DNA of 64,000 nt from the human T2T-CHM13v2.0 reference genome, Homo sapiens: the NCBI GenBank assembly GCA_009914755.4, contig CP068257.2:29888001-29952000 (forward strand), in the 5' to 3' direction. Below, piece by piece: positions 45,971 to 63,272 of the stretch (its first letter is position 1; every line of letters starts with the position of its first letter). Under the pieces are notes generated by a model that did not search any database, had not been told where the DNA came from, and saw only the letters and a program-made list of their open reading frames with translations. The translations under genes were made by a program, and so were the position numbers.

Positions 45971-46989
45971 TAATCAAGGCTTTCTTACCTGAGGACAGAT
46001 TTTTGGGAGTCGGGTGAAAGGACCTAGAAAAGAAATCAAGAAGTCAGGATATTTTCCCAGCAATGATAGGTCTTCAATTATAAAGAAGAGAGCAAGGAAG
46101 CCTCAATATGCAAACTAGCATATCCAACTAATACAGATAAACTCAAGGTCAGAGAGGCAGGACTGGGCAAATCAGGCCACACTACATTCACAGAGCTAAG
46201 CAGTGCCCCCTCTTTGTAATTTGCTTTATTGCATTTTATTTTCTGTGTTTTCACTGAAATGGCAGTTTATGGAGAAACTCTCCCACTTGGCTGTGAACAG
46301 GCTCTAAGCAACAGCAACACTTCTGCAGAATTGGCAGGGACAGTGCTATGGAATATTTCACAAACTTCAAGGCAAAGGGACAAACAAACAACCAAAAAAA
46401 AAAAAAAAAACACCCTCAAAATGTATTTTCAGAGGAAAGAACTTTCACTGGGAAGGGACCCATGGATCTCCAAAAGAAAACCAATTTGGTTTCATTTTTT
46501 TCTGCTTCTGCACTCCAGCCTGATGATTAATTCATCAGCATGGGACAGAACAAAAGCTCCTCTTAAACTGTAACTACTACATGGGGTGGGTTTCTATGAT
46601 GATGTTGCAGATCTTGGCCTAATGGGCTTTCTCTTCACTGACACACAAGGTTCAATATTCCTGCCCCACCCACCATGAGGTGAGAGTTGAAGCTGCCCCC
46701 TTTCCCACCTCCTCCAGCGCCCGGACAAGGCACGATGCAGGGACACGCAGGGCACGTGCCTGCAACTCCACCTGCCTCAAACCATGTGTTTACTCTCTAT
46801 CCTGTAGAAGTGTCATCGCTCCCCCAGCCTAACAGAATGACATGGAAAAGGCTGGAATGTAGCCACACTGCCTCAGCAAAACAATCCCTAGGCTTAGAGA
46901 CGCTGCTGTCCACAGGCAAGCAAACTGGGACAGTGGAGCCACAGAAATGTGCCTCTCTTCTTGGGGGTAGGGTGACAGCTTCAGTTTCT

Positions 46990-47065
46990 ATCTATATGGA
47001 GTTATTGCCCTTTCTCTGTCTCTCTCTCTCTCTCCCCCACCTCTCTCCTTCTCTCCCTCTCCCTA
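46990..47065. repeat. (CT)n / polypyrimidine simple repeat
   Basis: ctctgtctctctctctctctcccccacctctctccttctctccctctccct. Confidence 0.9.
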
Positions 47066-47129
47066 AAGAGGCAGTAGTTAAAGGCAAAGAGCCTGGTGAT
47101 TAAAAAGCAGACTCTGCCCTAAATCAGAC

Positions 47130-47640
<511 letters not shown>

Positions 47641-47679
47641 CTACAAAAAGCCAGACTCACTATCCAAAGGCATAGTAAG

Positions 47680-48018
<339 letters not shown>

Positions 48019-48304
48019 TCAACCTGTCCATAATCTCATCATATTCACCCCACCCCATTCCCCAAACAAGAATAAACAAATCCCACTGATCTCTTCTTCC
48101 ATTTTTCAGGCAGGCAGTTCTTAGCCTTACCATCTAATGGAGGTACTGCCCAGGCTGGAAGAATGGGAGGCAGCTTTGACTTAACCTCCCCCTTTACCTT
48201 TCATCTGATAAATGCTGAAGCAGTTTCTGGATCTCTCTTCAGAATGACTCTGGACCCCATTTCTCCACAGGCCTCTGCTGCTCCCTGAGCCTCCTTTATT
48301 TTAG

Positions 48305-48600
<296 letters not shown>

Positions 48601-49437
48601 CTTCTTTAGAAGGTACAGAATGTGCACTGATTAGAGATGTGTGGTGATTTAACAAACATTTAAAACTGCCTGTTTTGTGCAATGTAACAGACCGGGGCTG
48701 AAGGAAAGGAGAAATACAGAGACACACTACAGACACACATAGTGATAGAGGAGGGTCAGCAGGGAAAGCAAGAACCAACATACTGCCAGGCCAGGCAGCT
48801 CAGCGCTGTGCAGGGGCTGATGTGGTGAGCACTTGCTTCAGTTTCCCACATCAGCAATGTCCTCCCGATGATGGTGCCCAACAGCAGGGTCCTTAGATAG
48901 TAAGGCTAAGAACTGCCTGCCTGGGAAACCAAAGAAGAGATCAGTGGGATTTGTTTGTTCTCGTTTGGGGAATGGGGTGGGGTGGATATGAGATGACGGA
49001 CAGGTTGATTTCAGGAGATTTTTGGGGGGCTCTAGGAAGAGAATCCTAGTATGCCTTTTAATTTTATTTTTTTTTTAGACTGAATCTCACTCTGTTGAGG
49101 TTTGAGTTTACTAATTAAGTACTACATTACTTGCTGCAGGCCACCATAACAGAATACCTTAGACCGCGTGGCTTAAACAGCAGACATTCACTGTCTCCCA
49201 GTTCTGGAGACTAGAAGTTCAAGATCAAGGTGCCAGCAGATTTGGTTTCTCCCAAGGCCTCTCTTCTTGCCAGCCAAGAAGAGAGGCCTTCTTGCCTTCT
49301 CGCTGTGTCCTCACGTGGCCAGGTGTCTCTCTATGTCCAAACTTCCTCTTCTTATAAGGACACCAGTCAGATTGGATTAGGGCCCACCATCATGGCCTCA
49401 TTTTCACTGAATCACCTCTTTAAAAGGCTTATCTCTG

Positions 49438-49762
<325 letters not shown>

Positions 49763-49841
49763 TTAGGGCTTCAACGGATGAATTTTGAAGGGGCACAATT
49801 CAAGCCATAACAAGTACCCAACACCCCACCCGTGTCTTCTA

Positions 49842-50626
<785 letters not shown>

Positions 50627-51299
50627 TCATGGAAAAAGTGTCCTCTCTTCTCAGAGGCGTTTCTTTAAAAAAAAAAAAAAAAAGAATGGGAAAATACATT
50701 ATTGAGATTTCCAAGGGTTTCATTTAAAAGCCTGTGAGTAAAGGAGAACAATGGTTATGAAGATTCGTATCAAAAAAGAGAAGGGCCCAAGGCAGGGTGC
50801 AGGAGCGCAGTGCCTGGAGCCTCAGGGCAGAGACCTCCTCTGCTTGGGAAAGGAGCCCTTTCTGACTGCCCTCCACATATCCCGCATTAATCCATGGCTG
50901 TGACTCCACTACCGTCTATAGGTGCCCTTCAATAGCTACATTATTCATTCCTTTCAGCATGTAAGTTAATTTTTCCCCGTCTAAAACAAGTGCTGCTTTT
51001 ATCCTCTCAAAACTCATGGTATGTAAGAAGCAACATTCCAGGCCCTGTTATTGCAAATGATCAGTCAAGCCTCAGTATTCTAACGTATAAGCTGGTAGCT
51101 GAAAAGTGTAGCAAACCACAGCTAGCCAGACATTTTCCCCTGTATTTACTTCTCATTCCTGTGTCATTTCTCTGGCCAGCTGATGGAAATCTAAAAGATG
51201 AGTGACTTTTCCTTCCCCTCATTCATTACTCCAAGATAATTCCTGACTGAAAATGCAGAACTTGGACATTATTGTAATTCATTTTTAATAGCCAGCTAG

Positions 51300-51605
51300 A
51301 CCGGGTGTGGTGGTTCACGTCTGCAATCCCTGCAGCTGGAGAGGCTGGGGTGGGAGGATCACTTGAGCTCAAGAATTCGACACCAGCCTGGGCAACAGAG
51401 CGAAACCCCATCTCTGCAAAAAAATACAAAAATGAACTCAGCATGGTGGTGCATGCCTGTAGTCCTAGCTAATCAGGAGGCTGAGGCAGGAGGATCAGAT
51501 GAGCCCAGGATTCAAGGCTGCAGTGATCTAGGATTGTACCACTGCATTCCAGCCTGGGTGACAGAATAAGACCCTATCTTTCAAAAAAAAAAAAAAAAAA
51601 AAAAA
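51300..51605 (+). mobile_element. Alu SINE (AluJ-like)
   Basis: gaccgggtgtggtggttcacgtctgcaatccctgcagctggagaggctggggtgggaggatcacttgagctcaagaattcgacaccagcctgggcaacagagcgaaaccc ... gaccctatctttcaaaaaaaaaaaaaaaaaaaaaaaaa. TSD agccagcta. Confidence 0.9.
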
Positions 51606-51649
51606 AGGAGCCAGCTAATACAGGACAAAATAATTATCTCTCTCTCTCT

Positions 51650-51965
51650 TTTTTTTTTTTTTTTTTTTTTTGAGAAGGACTCTGTCTGTGTCACCCAGGC
51701 TGGAGTGCAGTAGTGTGATTTCGGCTCAGTGCAACCTGCAACCTCTGCCTCCCGGGTTCAAGCGATTCTCCCACCTCAGCCTCTCGAGTATTGGGATTAC
51801 AGGCACCTGTCACCACATCCAGCTAATTTTTGTATTTTTAGTAGAGACTGGGTTTCATCATGTTGGTTGGTCAGGCTGGTCTTGAACCCCTGACCTCAGG
51901 TGATCCGCCTGCCTCAGCACCCCCAAAGTGCTAGGATTACAGGAATGAGCCACTGCGCCCTGCCC
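51650..51965 (-). mobile_element. Alu SINE, antisense
   Basis: Poly-T(25) then gagaaggactctgtctgtgtcacccaggctggagtgcagtagtgtgatttcggctcagtgcaacctgcaacctctgcctcccgggttcaagc ... ggaatgagccactgcgccctgccc. TSD caaaataat. Confidence 0.92.
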
Positions 51966-52408
51966 AAAATAATCCTTTCTGTCGAAAAAAAAAAGTGTTT
52001 CATGTAATAAACACTGGTTCTAATCCTAAGAGAAAATATATAGAAAACAGAACTCACAGGTGTTTCTTGAAAGTAGGTCACATGGCACCAAGTGGCTGAG
52101 CACAGAACACTACACTTATCTTGATTGTCTGATAAATAGTATTTTGAATTTTGTTTCTACTTGACCGATCTACTGTCTTTGCTTCCTATTGCTGCTGTAA
52201 CTAGTGACTACAGTAGTGGCTGAAAACAACACAAATACACCACCTTAAAGTTCTGGAAGCCACAAGTCCAAAATGAGTGTTCCACGCTAAAATCAGGGAG
52301 TCAGCCAGGATGCGTTCTTCTGGAGTTACCTAGCCCCTGTGTTCATCTTCTGGGCAACCAAAAGATTTTGACTAATATTCAATTATTTGAGCATGGCTAC
52401 TAAGTTAA

Positions 52409-52819
<411 letters not shown>

Positions 52820-53869
52820 TAGTGAATATGAATTTGAAAATGAGGAGAAATCCAATGCAATATACCCCATCCAGCACAGCCACTGTGTAACTGGCGCTGG
52901 TAAACATTTGTAAAGAAACCAACTTCAGTGACATTTGTGACATTTTAAAGAGTAATTGGATGTTTGTTATGAATCTGAGTCTTTAATATGAACCAACCAT
53001 AAGAAATGTCAGTTTAAAATCATTACTCTTTTTGCTAGAGAGCACTATATCTGCAAACCCAAGCCATTCAAGTTTCACAAATAGGTGTTTTGATGCATCC
53101 CCTGGTGATTTATGTTGAAATATGATTTACTCCAAAGCTTAACAGTGTCAGTTTGATTCAGGCACATGAACCAATCAATGCAATGTGCAAATCCTTCAGT
53201 GTTGTTTGTCTCCACTGTGAGGAGGCTCACTGTTCAAGTGGTGTCCCTAACATAGATCAGTGGCTGTGAAAGACATTCTTGGTGGCTTCACTCTTTTTTC
53301 CATGCTAATGGAATGTGGATTTTGCTCAGGTGGTAATGTGCCCAATGCAGGCATATCCCCAAGGGATGAATCATGATTGGGCTAAGTCTGTCATGGATAT
53401 CACATTCCAACTTGATAGATAGTCACATTCCTGGCTTCCCTTGCAGCTACATTGACTGTTAACTAATAATGAACTAGTATCGTTACTAAGACAGGGGACA
53501 TCTACTGGAATGCTTCTGAAAAATATTATTTTCCCCTACTAAAAAGGAACAAGAAGAGAGTTTGCTGGCATCTCTCTCCTCTTTTCCGTAAGAGTTGTGG
53601 CAGCCATCATGAAGTTCTGAAGTGAAAATCCAACTAACCAGGAATAAAGTGAAAAAGAGAGTATGGATATGGGATAACATGGTCGATTACCAGACTATCT
53701 CTGGAAATGTTTACTTCCACCCTTTTTACTGAGAGAGAGGAATATATGTACACTATTCTCTAAGCTGGTTTTAATTATATTTCCTGTCATGAACAACTGA
53801 GAACATTCCTAATTGATAAAGAGTTTGGGGGAGCAAAATCCATTTAAAATAACAAAAAATAAGAGAATT

Positions 53870-54186
<317 letters not shown>

Positions 54187-54231
54187 CTACAATTTAGAAA
54201 AAGCTTTTCCTGTGTTAATAATAATATCTTC

Positions 54232-54525
54232 AGGCCAGGCTCAGTGGTTCACACCTGTAATCCCAACATTTCAGGAGGCCGAGGCGGGTAGATGCCTTAA
54301 GCTCAAGAGTTCAAGACCAGCCTGGGCAAGATGGCAAAACTCCATCTCTACAAAAAATTAGCCGCAGGTGGTGGTGTGTGCCTGTAGTCTGAGCTACTCG
54401 GGAGGCTGAGGTGGTAGGATCACCTAAACCCAGGAGGAGGTCAAGGCTGCAATGAGCCATGACCATATCACTGCACTCCATCCTGGGTGACAAAGTGAGA
54501 CACCGTCTTAAGAGACAATAACAAT
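54232..54525 (+). mobile_element. Alu SINE (diverged, no clean A-tail)
   Basis: ggccaggctcagtggttcacacctgtaatcccaacatttcaggaggccgaggcgggtagatgccttaagctcaagagttcaagaccagcctgggcaagatgg ... ccatcctgggtgacaaagtgagacaccgtcttaagagacaataacaataacc. Confidence 0.88.
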
Positions 54526-54543
54526 AACCTCTTTCTTTAATAG

Positions 54544-54895
<352 letters not shown>

Positions 54896-55055
54896 AAATG
54901 CACCCTTTCAACCCAAATCATATTTAATACATACTTCCTAGATTTTCTGAAGTATAGCAGAGTCTGAAGACTTAATGTTTATTTAGGTGGCAAATTGCGG
55001 ACTTCCTTCCATTCATTTTTAACCCAATGACTGGACAGTGCACTTTCAGAATTTA

Positions 55056-55118
55056 TTTATTTATTTGAGACGGAGTCTCGCTCTGTCACCCAGGCTGGAG
55101 TGTGGCGTGATCGGACGT
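55056..55118 (-). mobile_element. Short antisense Alu fragment (element 3' end only)
   Basis: tttatttatttatttgagacggagtctcgctctgtcacccaggctggagtgtggcgtgatcggac, then non-Alu sequence. Confidence 0.8.
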
Positions 55119-55600
55119 GATAAGAGTTAGACCAAGGCAGATGTAACCCTAGCGAAGCGGCTACGTTTTCTGGGGTATATACCCTGGGGTTTGTTGTTGC
55201 GCGCCAGGAAAATTTAGGACACAGACACACACAAGGAGTTTAGGAGCGGAGGTTTAATAGGTAGAAGAGAAGAAAAAGAGAAACAGCTCCCTCCATAGAG
55301 GAAAGGGCCTCTGAGCAGAAAGGACTGAGCAGAAAAGGAGCAGCAGTGGTGAATGCCCCGAATTTTATAGTCCGGTTTGAGCAGGTGGTGTCTGATTTAC
55401 ATAGGGCTCATAGGCTGGTTCAATCAGGTACGACATTTACATAGTGAGTTGGGGAACGCTGGTCCCCCTACCCTAATCTTACGCAAATGGGCTTTCCAGT
55501 TGATGGCACCATCTTGTCTGCTCCTTACAATACGCATGACTGACAGAGAAGAGAAGATGGAGCCGCCATTTTGAAAAAGTCTAGTCCTTAGTTCCTCCCC
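55119..55600. other. Non-Alu element or unique segment of unassigned family with unusually good CpG retention, abutting the truncated Alu
   Basis: gtgataagagttagaccaaggcagatgtaaccctagcgaagcggctacgttttctgggg ... tgttgttgcgcgccaggaaaatttaggacacagacacacacaaggagtttaggagcggaggtttaataggtagaagagaag ... ggtacgacatttacatagtgagttggggaacgctggtccccctaccctaatcttacgcaaatggg ... atacgcatgactgacagagaagagaagatggagccgccattttg. There are about 10 CpGs in about 480 bp of non-island sequence. I cannot place it in a repeat family from memory. Confidence 0.35.
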
Positions 55601-55655
55601 ACATTCCCCCAGGCAAGCTCCCAGCTTGCTTGTCTATGTCTGCAGCTTGACTTTA

Positions 55656-56015
<360 letters not shown>

Positions 56016-56077
56016 AAAAGCTTTATGGAGGACTCCCGTGCCCTTACTAGCTGCCTAAGTAATTTCTTTTTTTTTAA

Positions 56078-56380
<303 letters not shown>

Positions 56381-57840
56381 TAACTCCTGTATCACTAGTT
56401 TGGGAGGAGGGGAGGAGGCAAGGAACAAGACAGAGAAGGTACAGTCGCCTACAGTTGTCATTGTTTTGTCCGCTTGGCACATATCTCCTCCCTTTCTTTT
56501 AGTATTAGGAACTCTCTTTCTCACGGAGAACCCATTAACCCATTCCCGTGTGATTTAGCTGGAGTTCTTCCAGCAGCATCATACAAGTGGGCACATGGCC
56601 AACCCTCCCAGGCCAATCAGAGTGCATGCCATTTTCCGGGTTACTGTGATGGGTTGAGAGGTGGGCTCAAAAGCTGTGAGTCAGAACCTGGCTGGGCCAG
56701 TCGGAATTGCTCCTCCAGTTTTCCTATGGAACTCTTGGGAGAATGACATGTTCTCTAGAGCAGAAGCCATGAAGAAAGCTAAGCTGAGAGCTGTCAGAGA
56801 TGATCTTGGCTTCCATGTGGAGCTATCTGGCCAGAGAATATGGCCCAAAGGAAAGCAGAAATGACAGAGAAGCAGGGGTACAGGAAAGGGGTCTAAATGG
56901 CATAATTTGGCTTCCTGAATCCAACTCTACCTGAAGCCATTCCCATTCCTTACTTATGCTGCCCAGATATGGGGAACTAATACATCTCTTTTTTTCCTTA
57001 CAGTGGTTTGAATTGCATTTATATCACAGGCAAAAACAAAAAACAAACAAACAAAAAAAACACCTTGACAAAGATGGAAAGTAAAGGAGAAAGATGGAGA
57101 CTGGGTTGGACAGGATGGGTGGTCTCTGAGGGCTCTAAATGCCAGGCAGAGAAGCTTGCCTTATTATGATACATAAATCCTTTCTGGAAAGAGGTGAGAA
57201 ATGCTGTTATCCACCTTTAGCTCTGACTCTTCCCTTCATGTGCTGAGGGGCACTAAGAAGACTCTTTCTTTTAACTGTAAGAAGAGGGTAACAGCCACAT
57301 TTCACTCCAAACCATTAATTTAATAAGTTTAGACAGAAGAGATTATTAGCCTCAGAAGGTGTTGCTTTCATTATCATTGAAATGTGCTTTTTCTGCTTTC
57401 TACTATGTTCTATTCTTCCCTCCCTGAATGCCCACATGCAAATTAGGGAATGTTGCAATGCCCAGAGCAGAGTTATAACATCCAGCTGTACTACAACAGC
57501 AGTTTTACATAAATGGCCATCCTCTAAACTGTGGACATTTGATAAAGTATGTGGGCTCTTCTCATAATTAAAAGCCCAAAAGGGAACCAAGGAAACACAG
57601 AGAACATTATTCTAGTGACTTATAAAACTGGGCTGGAGAAAATCTCCTATGTCTAGAGGTGGAAGAGAAAGGATAAAAAAGGAGAAGGAGTAGAACAGAA
57701 AATGCAAATGAGAAAAAGAGATGGCGGTGGAAAGAAGGGCTGCAGTAGAAGACAGGAGAGAATAGAGCAAGCAGAGGCAGGAAGCCAAGTACGAAAAGGA
57801 GGAGAGGAGTGGGGAGTGTTTAGATCAAGACTCTTCTCTT

Positions 57841-58135
57841 GGCTGGGCGCAGTGGCTCACACCTGTAATCCCAGCACTTTGGGCGGCCGAGGCGGGCGGA
57901 TCACCTGAGGTCAGGAGTTCGAGACTAGCCTGGCCAACATGGTGAAACCCCATCTCTACTAAAAATACAAAGATTAGCTGGGCATGGTGGCACACACCTG
58001 TAGTGCCAGCTATTTGGGGAGGCTGAGGCAGGAGAATCGCTTGAACCTGGGAGGCGGAGGTTGCGGTGAGCCAAGATCGTGCCACTGCAGTCCAGCGTGG
58101 GTAACAGAGGGAGACTCCATCTCAGAAAAAAAAAA
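57841..58135 (+). mobile_element. Alu SINE, copy 1 of a head-to-tail three-Alu array
   Basis: ggctgggcgcagtggctcacacctgtaatcccagcactttgggcggccgaggcgggcggatcacctgaggtcaggagttcgagactagcctggccaacatggtgaaaccccatctctactaaaaatacaaagattagctgggcatggtggcacacacctgtagtgccagctatttggggaggctgagg ... tcagaaaaaaaaaaaag. Confidence 0.94.
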
Positions 58136-58728
<593 letters not shown>

Positions 58729-59507
58729 GACCCTTCTCTTCTCTGGACCTCCATTTCCTCCTCTGGGGCATCCATAGGCAGAGCCAACTACATAATTTGC
58801 AGGGCCTGATACAAAATCGAAACGTGGAGCCCTTTGTTCAAAATGTACTCAAAATTTGGAGGCAGCAGCAGCACAGCATTAAACCAACTGTGGGGACCTG
58901 TGCAACCATGGAGGTCACATGCCCATGAAGCTGGCTCTAATAAATTAGATCAGGATTTTCAGAAGGTGTTCTGTAAACTCCAGATATTCCAAAAACAAAA
59001 GATTCCTTATTCTCATCTCTAGGAAGTGGGGCACATTTCCCCATCCCTTCATTGAAGATTCAAAATGCGCGTGAACTGCTCCAGAAAGCCCTGCTTGAAA
59101 GCAAGAAACGTGTGTGCCTTCATTTCAACCAGTTTCTCAAATGTATTTGACCATAGCAACATTTTTTCCCCAATTCTCCATATTAATACCCCATATAACC
59201 CATTTTGCAAAATGCTTGAAGTCGATGGTCTTGAGGTCCCTGGAGCTAGAAAAGGCATTAGCAGTCACCCACAGCAGCCCCTCCTGCCCTGAGATTGGAT
59301 GCTCACAAATCTGCTCTTCTTGGCCTTGATGATGACAGTGGTCTCTTTCTTCCAGATTTGATGAGTGTGGGGCATGGGAGGAGATTACTGGGGTTGCAAA
59401 ACCTGCAGCAGGTTCTCAAAGATGACATATCAACTCCCCTAAATGCCCCTCCACTCAGGCACCATGAAAGCCTTTGTTTTAATACACTCAAAATGTTGCC
59501 TCTTCAC

Positions 59508-59815
59508 GGCCGGGCACAGTGGCTTATGCCTATAATCCCAGCACTTCGGGAGGCTAAGGCGGGTGGATCATGAGGTCAAGAGATCGAGACCATCCTGACC
59601 AACATAGTGAAACCCTGTCTCTACTAAAAATACAAAAAAAAAATCAGCTGGGCGTGGTGGTGCATGCCTGTAGTCCCAGCTACTCAGGAGGCTGAGGCAG
59701 GAGAATCACTTAAACCCGGGAGGCAGAGGTTGCAGTGAGCCGAGATCACGCCACTGCACTCCAGCCTGGGTTACAGAGTTAGACTCCGTCTCAAAAAAAA
59801 AAAAAAAAAAAAAAA
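59508..59815 (+). mobile_element. Alu SINE (AluY-like)
   Basis: ggccgggcacagtggcttatgcctataatcccagcacttcgggaggctaaggcgggtggatcatgaggtcaagagatcgagaccatcctgaccaacatagtgaaaccc ... poly-A(24). TSD t(g/a)cctcttcac. Confidence 0.95.
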
Positions 59816-60189
59816 GTTACCTCTTCACTAATTTCTAATCTCCCCAGAAAATTTGTAAGGGGGTTTTGATACCATATGTAGGACAGGAATAAATACAATG
59901 TTTATAGAACTCTTGCATCTCAGATCATTGTATTCAATTCAAAGTGTGTAATTTTATTTGGGGAGGATTTATGCTGAGAACTATCAGTATCCCAGCGCCT
60001 TTGATCAGGAACCCAGGAACTCCTAAAGTGTAGACCATTATCCCCTATAGAGATTAGTTAACTTTCAATCTGGGTAAGAAGAATAAAGTTTTTTTGCAAA
60101 AGAAAGCCCAAATGCCATCTTTTTCCTTCTCCATAAACACTAGGATAAGAAGAGACTTATAAGTAGAAGCTTGAGGTTGAATCTCATCT

Positions 60190-60330
60190 CTATCTTTGTT
60201 GCACTGAACTAATCACTACATCCCCTCTCTGCCTTTGTTTTCTCATCTGTAAAGTGGGAATAATAATAGTAGCAAAGATTCTTCTAGCAATAAGATAAAT
60301 GCATGAGAAAGCTGTCTAAAAATTGAACTG
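60190..60330 (+). mobile_element. MIR SINE fragment
   Basis: cactacatcccctctctgcctttgttttctcatctgtaaagtgggaataataatagtagcaaagattcttctagcaataagataaatgcatgag matches MIR (cttaacctctctgtgcctcagtttcctcatctgtaaaatggggataataatagtacctacc ... attaaatgagttaatacatg). Confidence 0.7.
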
Positions 60331-60458
60331 TAGCAAGCATGGCTAAAGCACTTCTTACCTATTACAAATGTCTAGAGCCAAATTTCCACAGTACGGCATG
60401 GACAGATGATTTTAAAATCAGAAAGAAAAAAACAGTTATAAAAATACTTAGTGAGATT

Positions 60459-60762
60459 TGGCCAGGCATGGTGGCTCACACCTGTAATCCCAGCACTCTG
60501 GGAGGCCAAGGCGGGCAGATCACAACGTCAGGAGATCCAGACCATCCTGGCCAACATGGTGAAACCCCGTCTCTACTAAAAATGCAAAAATTAGCCAGGT
60601 GTGGTGGCAAATGCCTGTAATCCCAGCTACTTGGGAGGCTGAGGCAGGAGAATCGCTTGAACCCAGAGGCGGAGGTTGCAGTGAGCTGAGATCGTGCCAC
60701 TGCACTCCAGCCTGGGTGACAGAGCGAGACTCCGTCTCAAAAAATAAATAAATAAATAAAAA
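60459..60762 (+). mobile_element. Alu SINE with (AAAT)n tail
   Basis: ggccaggcatggtggctcacacctgtaatcccagcactctgggaggccaaggcgggcagatcacaacgtcaggagatccagaccatcctggccaacatgg ... gactccgtctcaaaaaataaataaataaataaaaataaa. TSD atacttagtgaga at about 60445-60457 and 60766-60778. Confidence 0.95.
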
Positions 60763-61142
60763 TAAATACTTAGTGAGAGTCTCCCTCACTGGTCACTTTG
60801 CTTGGGGGTTCAAATTATAACCCAAAGCTATGGAATATGCTTACTTGGGAGATTCTTACAGCTCCTATACATCAATCTTTTTGAAACATATCAAGGGTCC
60901 TTAGAAATCTGATCTGGTGTGACTCTCAGAGCACTCTGATGACACCTGCTGGCTAGGCATGGTGTGACAAGTGTGTTCTAGTCTGGACAGACGGAGATGG
61001 TCTGGAACCCCTGAGTGGAGTACCTGGGAAGCTGAGGCTGGAGAGAAATCCTGACCTTCAATCTTGCTGTGCAAAGTGTGGTCCTAGGGCCTGCAGTATC
61101 GGGATCACTAGGAGCTTGTAAATGTGGGATCAGACTCTACAT

Positions 61143-61258
61143 TTTTTTTTTTAGAGACCGGGTCTTGCTGTGTTACCCAGGCTGGTCTCAAACTCCTAAG
61201 CTCAAGCAATCCTCCTGCCTCAGCCTCCTGAGTTGCTGGGAATACAGGCACTGGCTCA
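61143..61258 (-). mobile_element. FLAM-like Alu monomer, antisense
   Basis: Poly-T then agagaccgggtcttgctgtgttacccaggctggtctcaaactcctaagctcaagcaatcctcctgcctcagcctcctgagttgctgggaatacaggcactggc. 15 bp TSD tcagactctacattt at 61128-61142 and 61259-61273. Confidence 0.85.
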
Positions 61259-61384
61259 GACTCTACATTTTCATGAGATCCTCCAAGTGATTCGTGTGTG
61301 CTTTAGCGTGAAAGAAACATGTTCTAGTGTTCTAGAGGACTTAATCTAGTGACTAAGCGTCTATGTCAAAGAAAAAAATTTTTT

Positions 61385-61675
61385 CTTTTTTTGAGACAAG
61401 AATCTCACTCTGTCACCCAGACGGTAGTGTTATTGTGTCATCCCAGTTCACTACAACCTCCACCTCCCAGGCTCAAGCGATCTGCCCACCTCAGCCTACC
61501 AAGTAGCTGGGACCACAGGCACGAGCCACCACGCCTGGCTAATTTTTGTATTTTTTGTAGAGACAAGGTTTCACCATGTTACCCAGACTGGTCTTGAACT
61601 CCTGAGCTCAAGCAATCCACCCACATCAGCCTCCTGAAGTGCTGGGATTACAGGCATGAGCCATTGTGCCTGGCT
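61385..61675 (-). mobile_element. Alu SINE, antisense (diverged)
   Basis: tttttgagacaagaatctcactctgtcacccagacggtagtgttattgtgtcatcccagttcactacaacctccacctcccaggctcaagc ... ggcatgagccattgtgcctggc. Confidence 0.9.
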
Positions 61676-62039
61676 GAAAAAAAAATTTTAGCTCCACATA
61701 GGGCTAGCAACTCACAGAAAGCTTGGCACTTCTGCTGTTTCTGGTCCAAGCCTTTCGTTACACCAGTGCATAAACAGGCCCATTGCCCCACAACAGTTTT
61801 TCTTATTTTCATTTTTATCCTGTTTTCTACTTATTCTATTGAAGACATTTTTCCTCCCAGAGGAATATTCCTACAATTCTGTAACAAAATGATAGGAAAA
61901 CAGGATTCCCATTACAGAAAATTTGCTTTAAGATCGTATTTTTCAAAATACAAAGGTTTCTTAGAAGTGTTTTTGTGCTTTTTTTAAATGTTCTGTGTAC
62001 TGGTCATACCTACAAATAACAAATAATAATAATAGCACG

Positions 62040-62355
62040 GCCAGGCGCAGTGGCTCACTCCTGTAATCCTAACACTTTGGGAGGCCGAGGCAGGTGGATC
62101 ACGAAGTCAGGAGTTTGAGACCAGCCTGGCCAACAGTGAAACCCCATCTCTACTAAAAATACAAAAATTAGTTGGGCATGGTGGCACGCACCTGTAGTCC
62201 CAGCTACTCAGGAGGCTGAGGCAAGAGAATCACTTGAACCCGGGAGGCGGAGGTTGCAGTGAGCTGAATTTGCACCACTGTACTCCTGTCTGGGCCACAG
62301 AGCGAGAATCCATCTCAATAATAATAATAACAATAACAATAATAATAATAACAGC
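62040..62355 (+). mobile_element. Alu SINE with (AAT)n tail
   Basis: ggccaggcgcagtggctcactcctgtaatcctaacactttgggaggccgaggcaggtggatcacgaagtcaggagtttgagaccagcctggccaacagtgaaaccc ... gaatccatctcaataataataataacaataacaataataataataac. TSD aataa(t/c)agcac. Confidence 0.94.
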
Positions 62356-62877
62356 ACAAGGGAAGCAGGACTGGTGCTCTCCCCACAAACACCTGATACA
62401 TTCATTTCTGTTGCCTTGTTTGTAATAGAAATAGAGTCTAGGTAATATAAGCAAAAAAGAAATAAACAAAGGAAATGTATTAGATGGATATGGTGGTGGC
62501 TTATAGAAAAACAGTACAAGCTGAACAACGACATCTCACAAAGGACAGGAAACGGTATTAGGTGTCCAGGAAGCTGGTGTTTCCAGGGCAACACCTTTGG
62601 GACAATTGTTTTCAGCCCTGCCTGTGTCACTGATCAGTATACAAATTCTGGGGATAGAGAGTCTGTTAGGCCTCACTTGGTTCATGTCCAGCCTTTGGAT
62701 AAAGAAGGGCAGGACATTCTGATTTCAGGACTCCCCAAAAGTGTATCTGCGGAGGAAGGCAGGGTTGAGCATCCATTCTGGTTGGTTGAATGTGGTCATG
62801 CCCAAGCATTCCAGTTGTTGCAGATTTTGACTATCACCCTGAGAGAGGGGTAAATCCCCAGAGGTGAGGTTTTCAAC

Positions 62878-63272
<395 letters not shown>

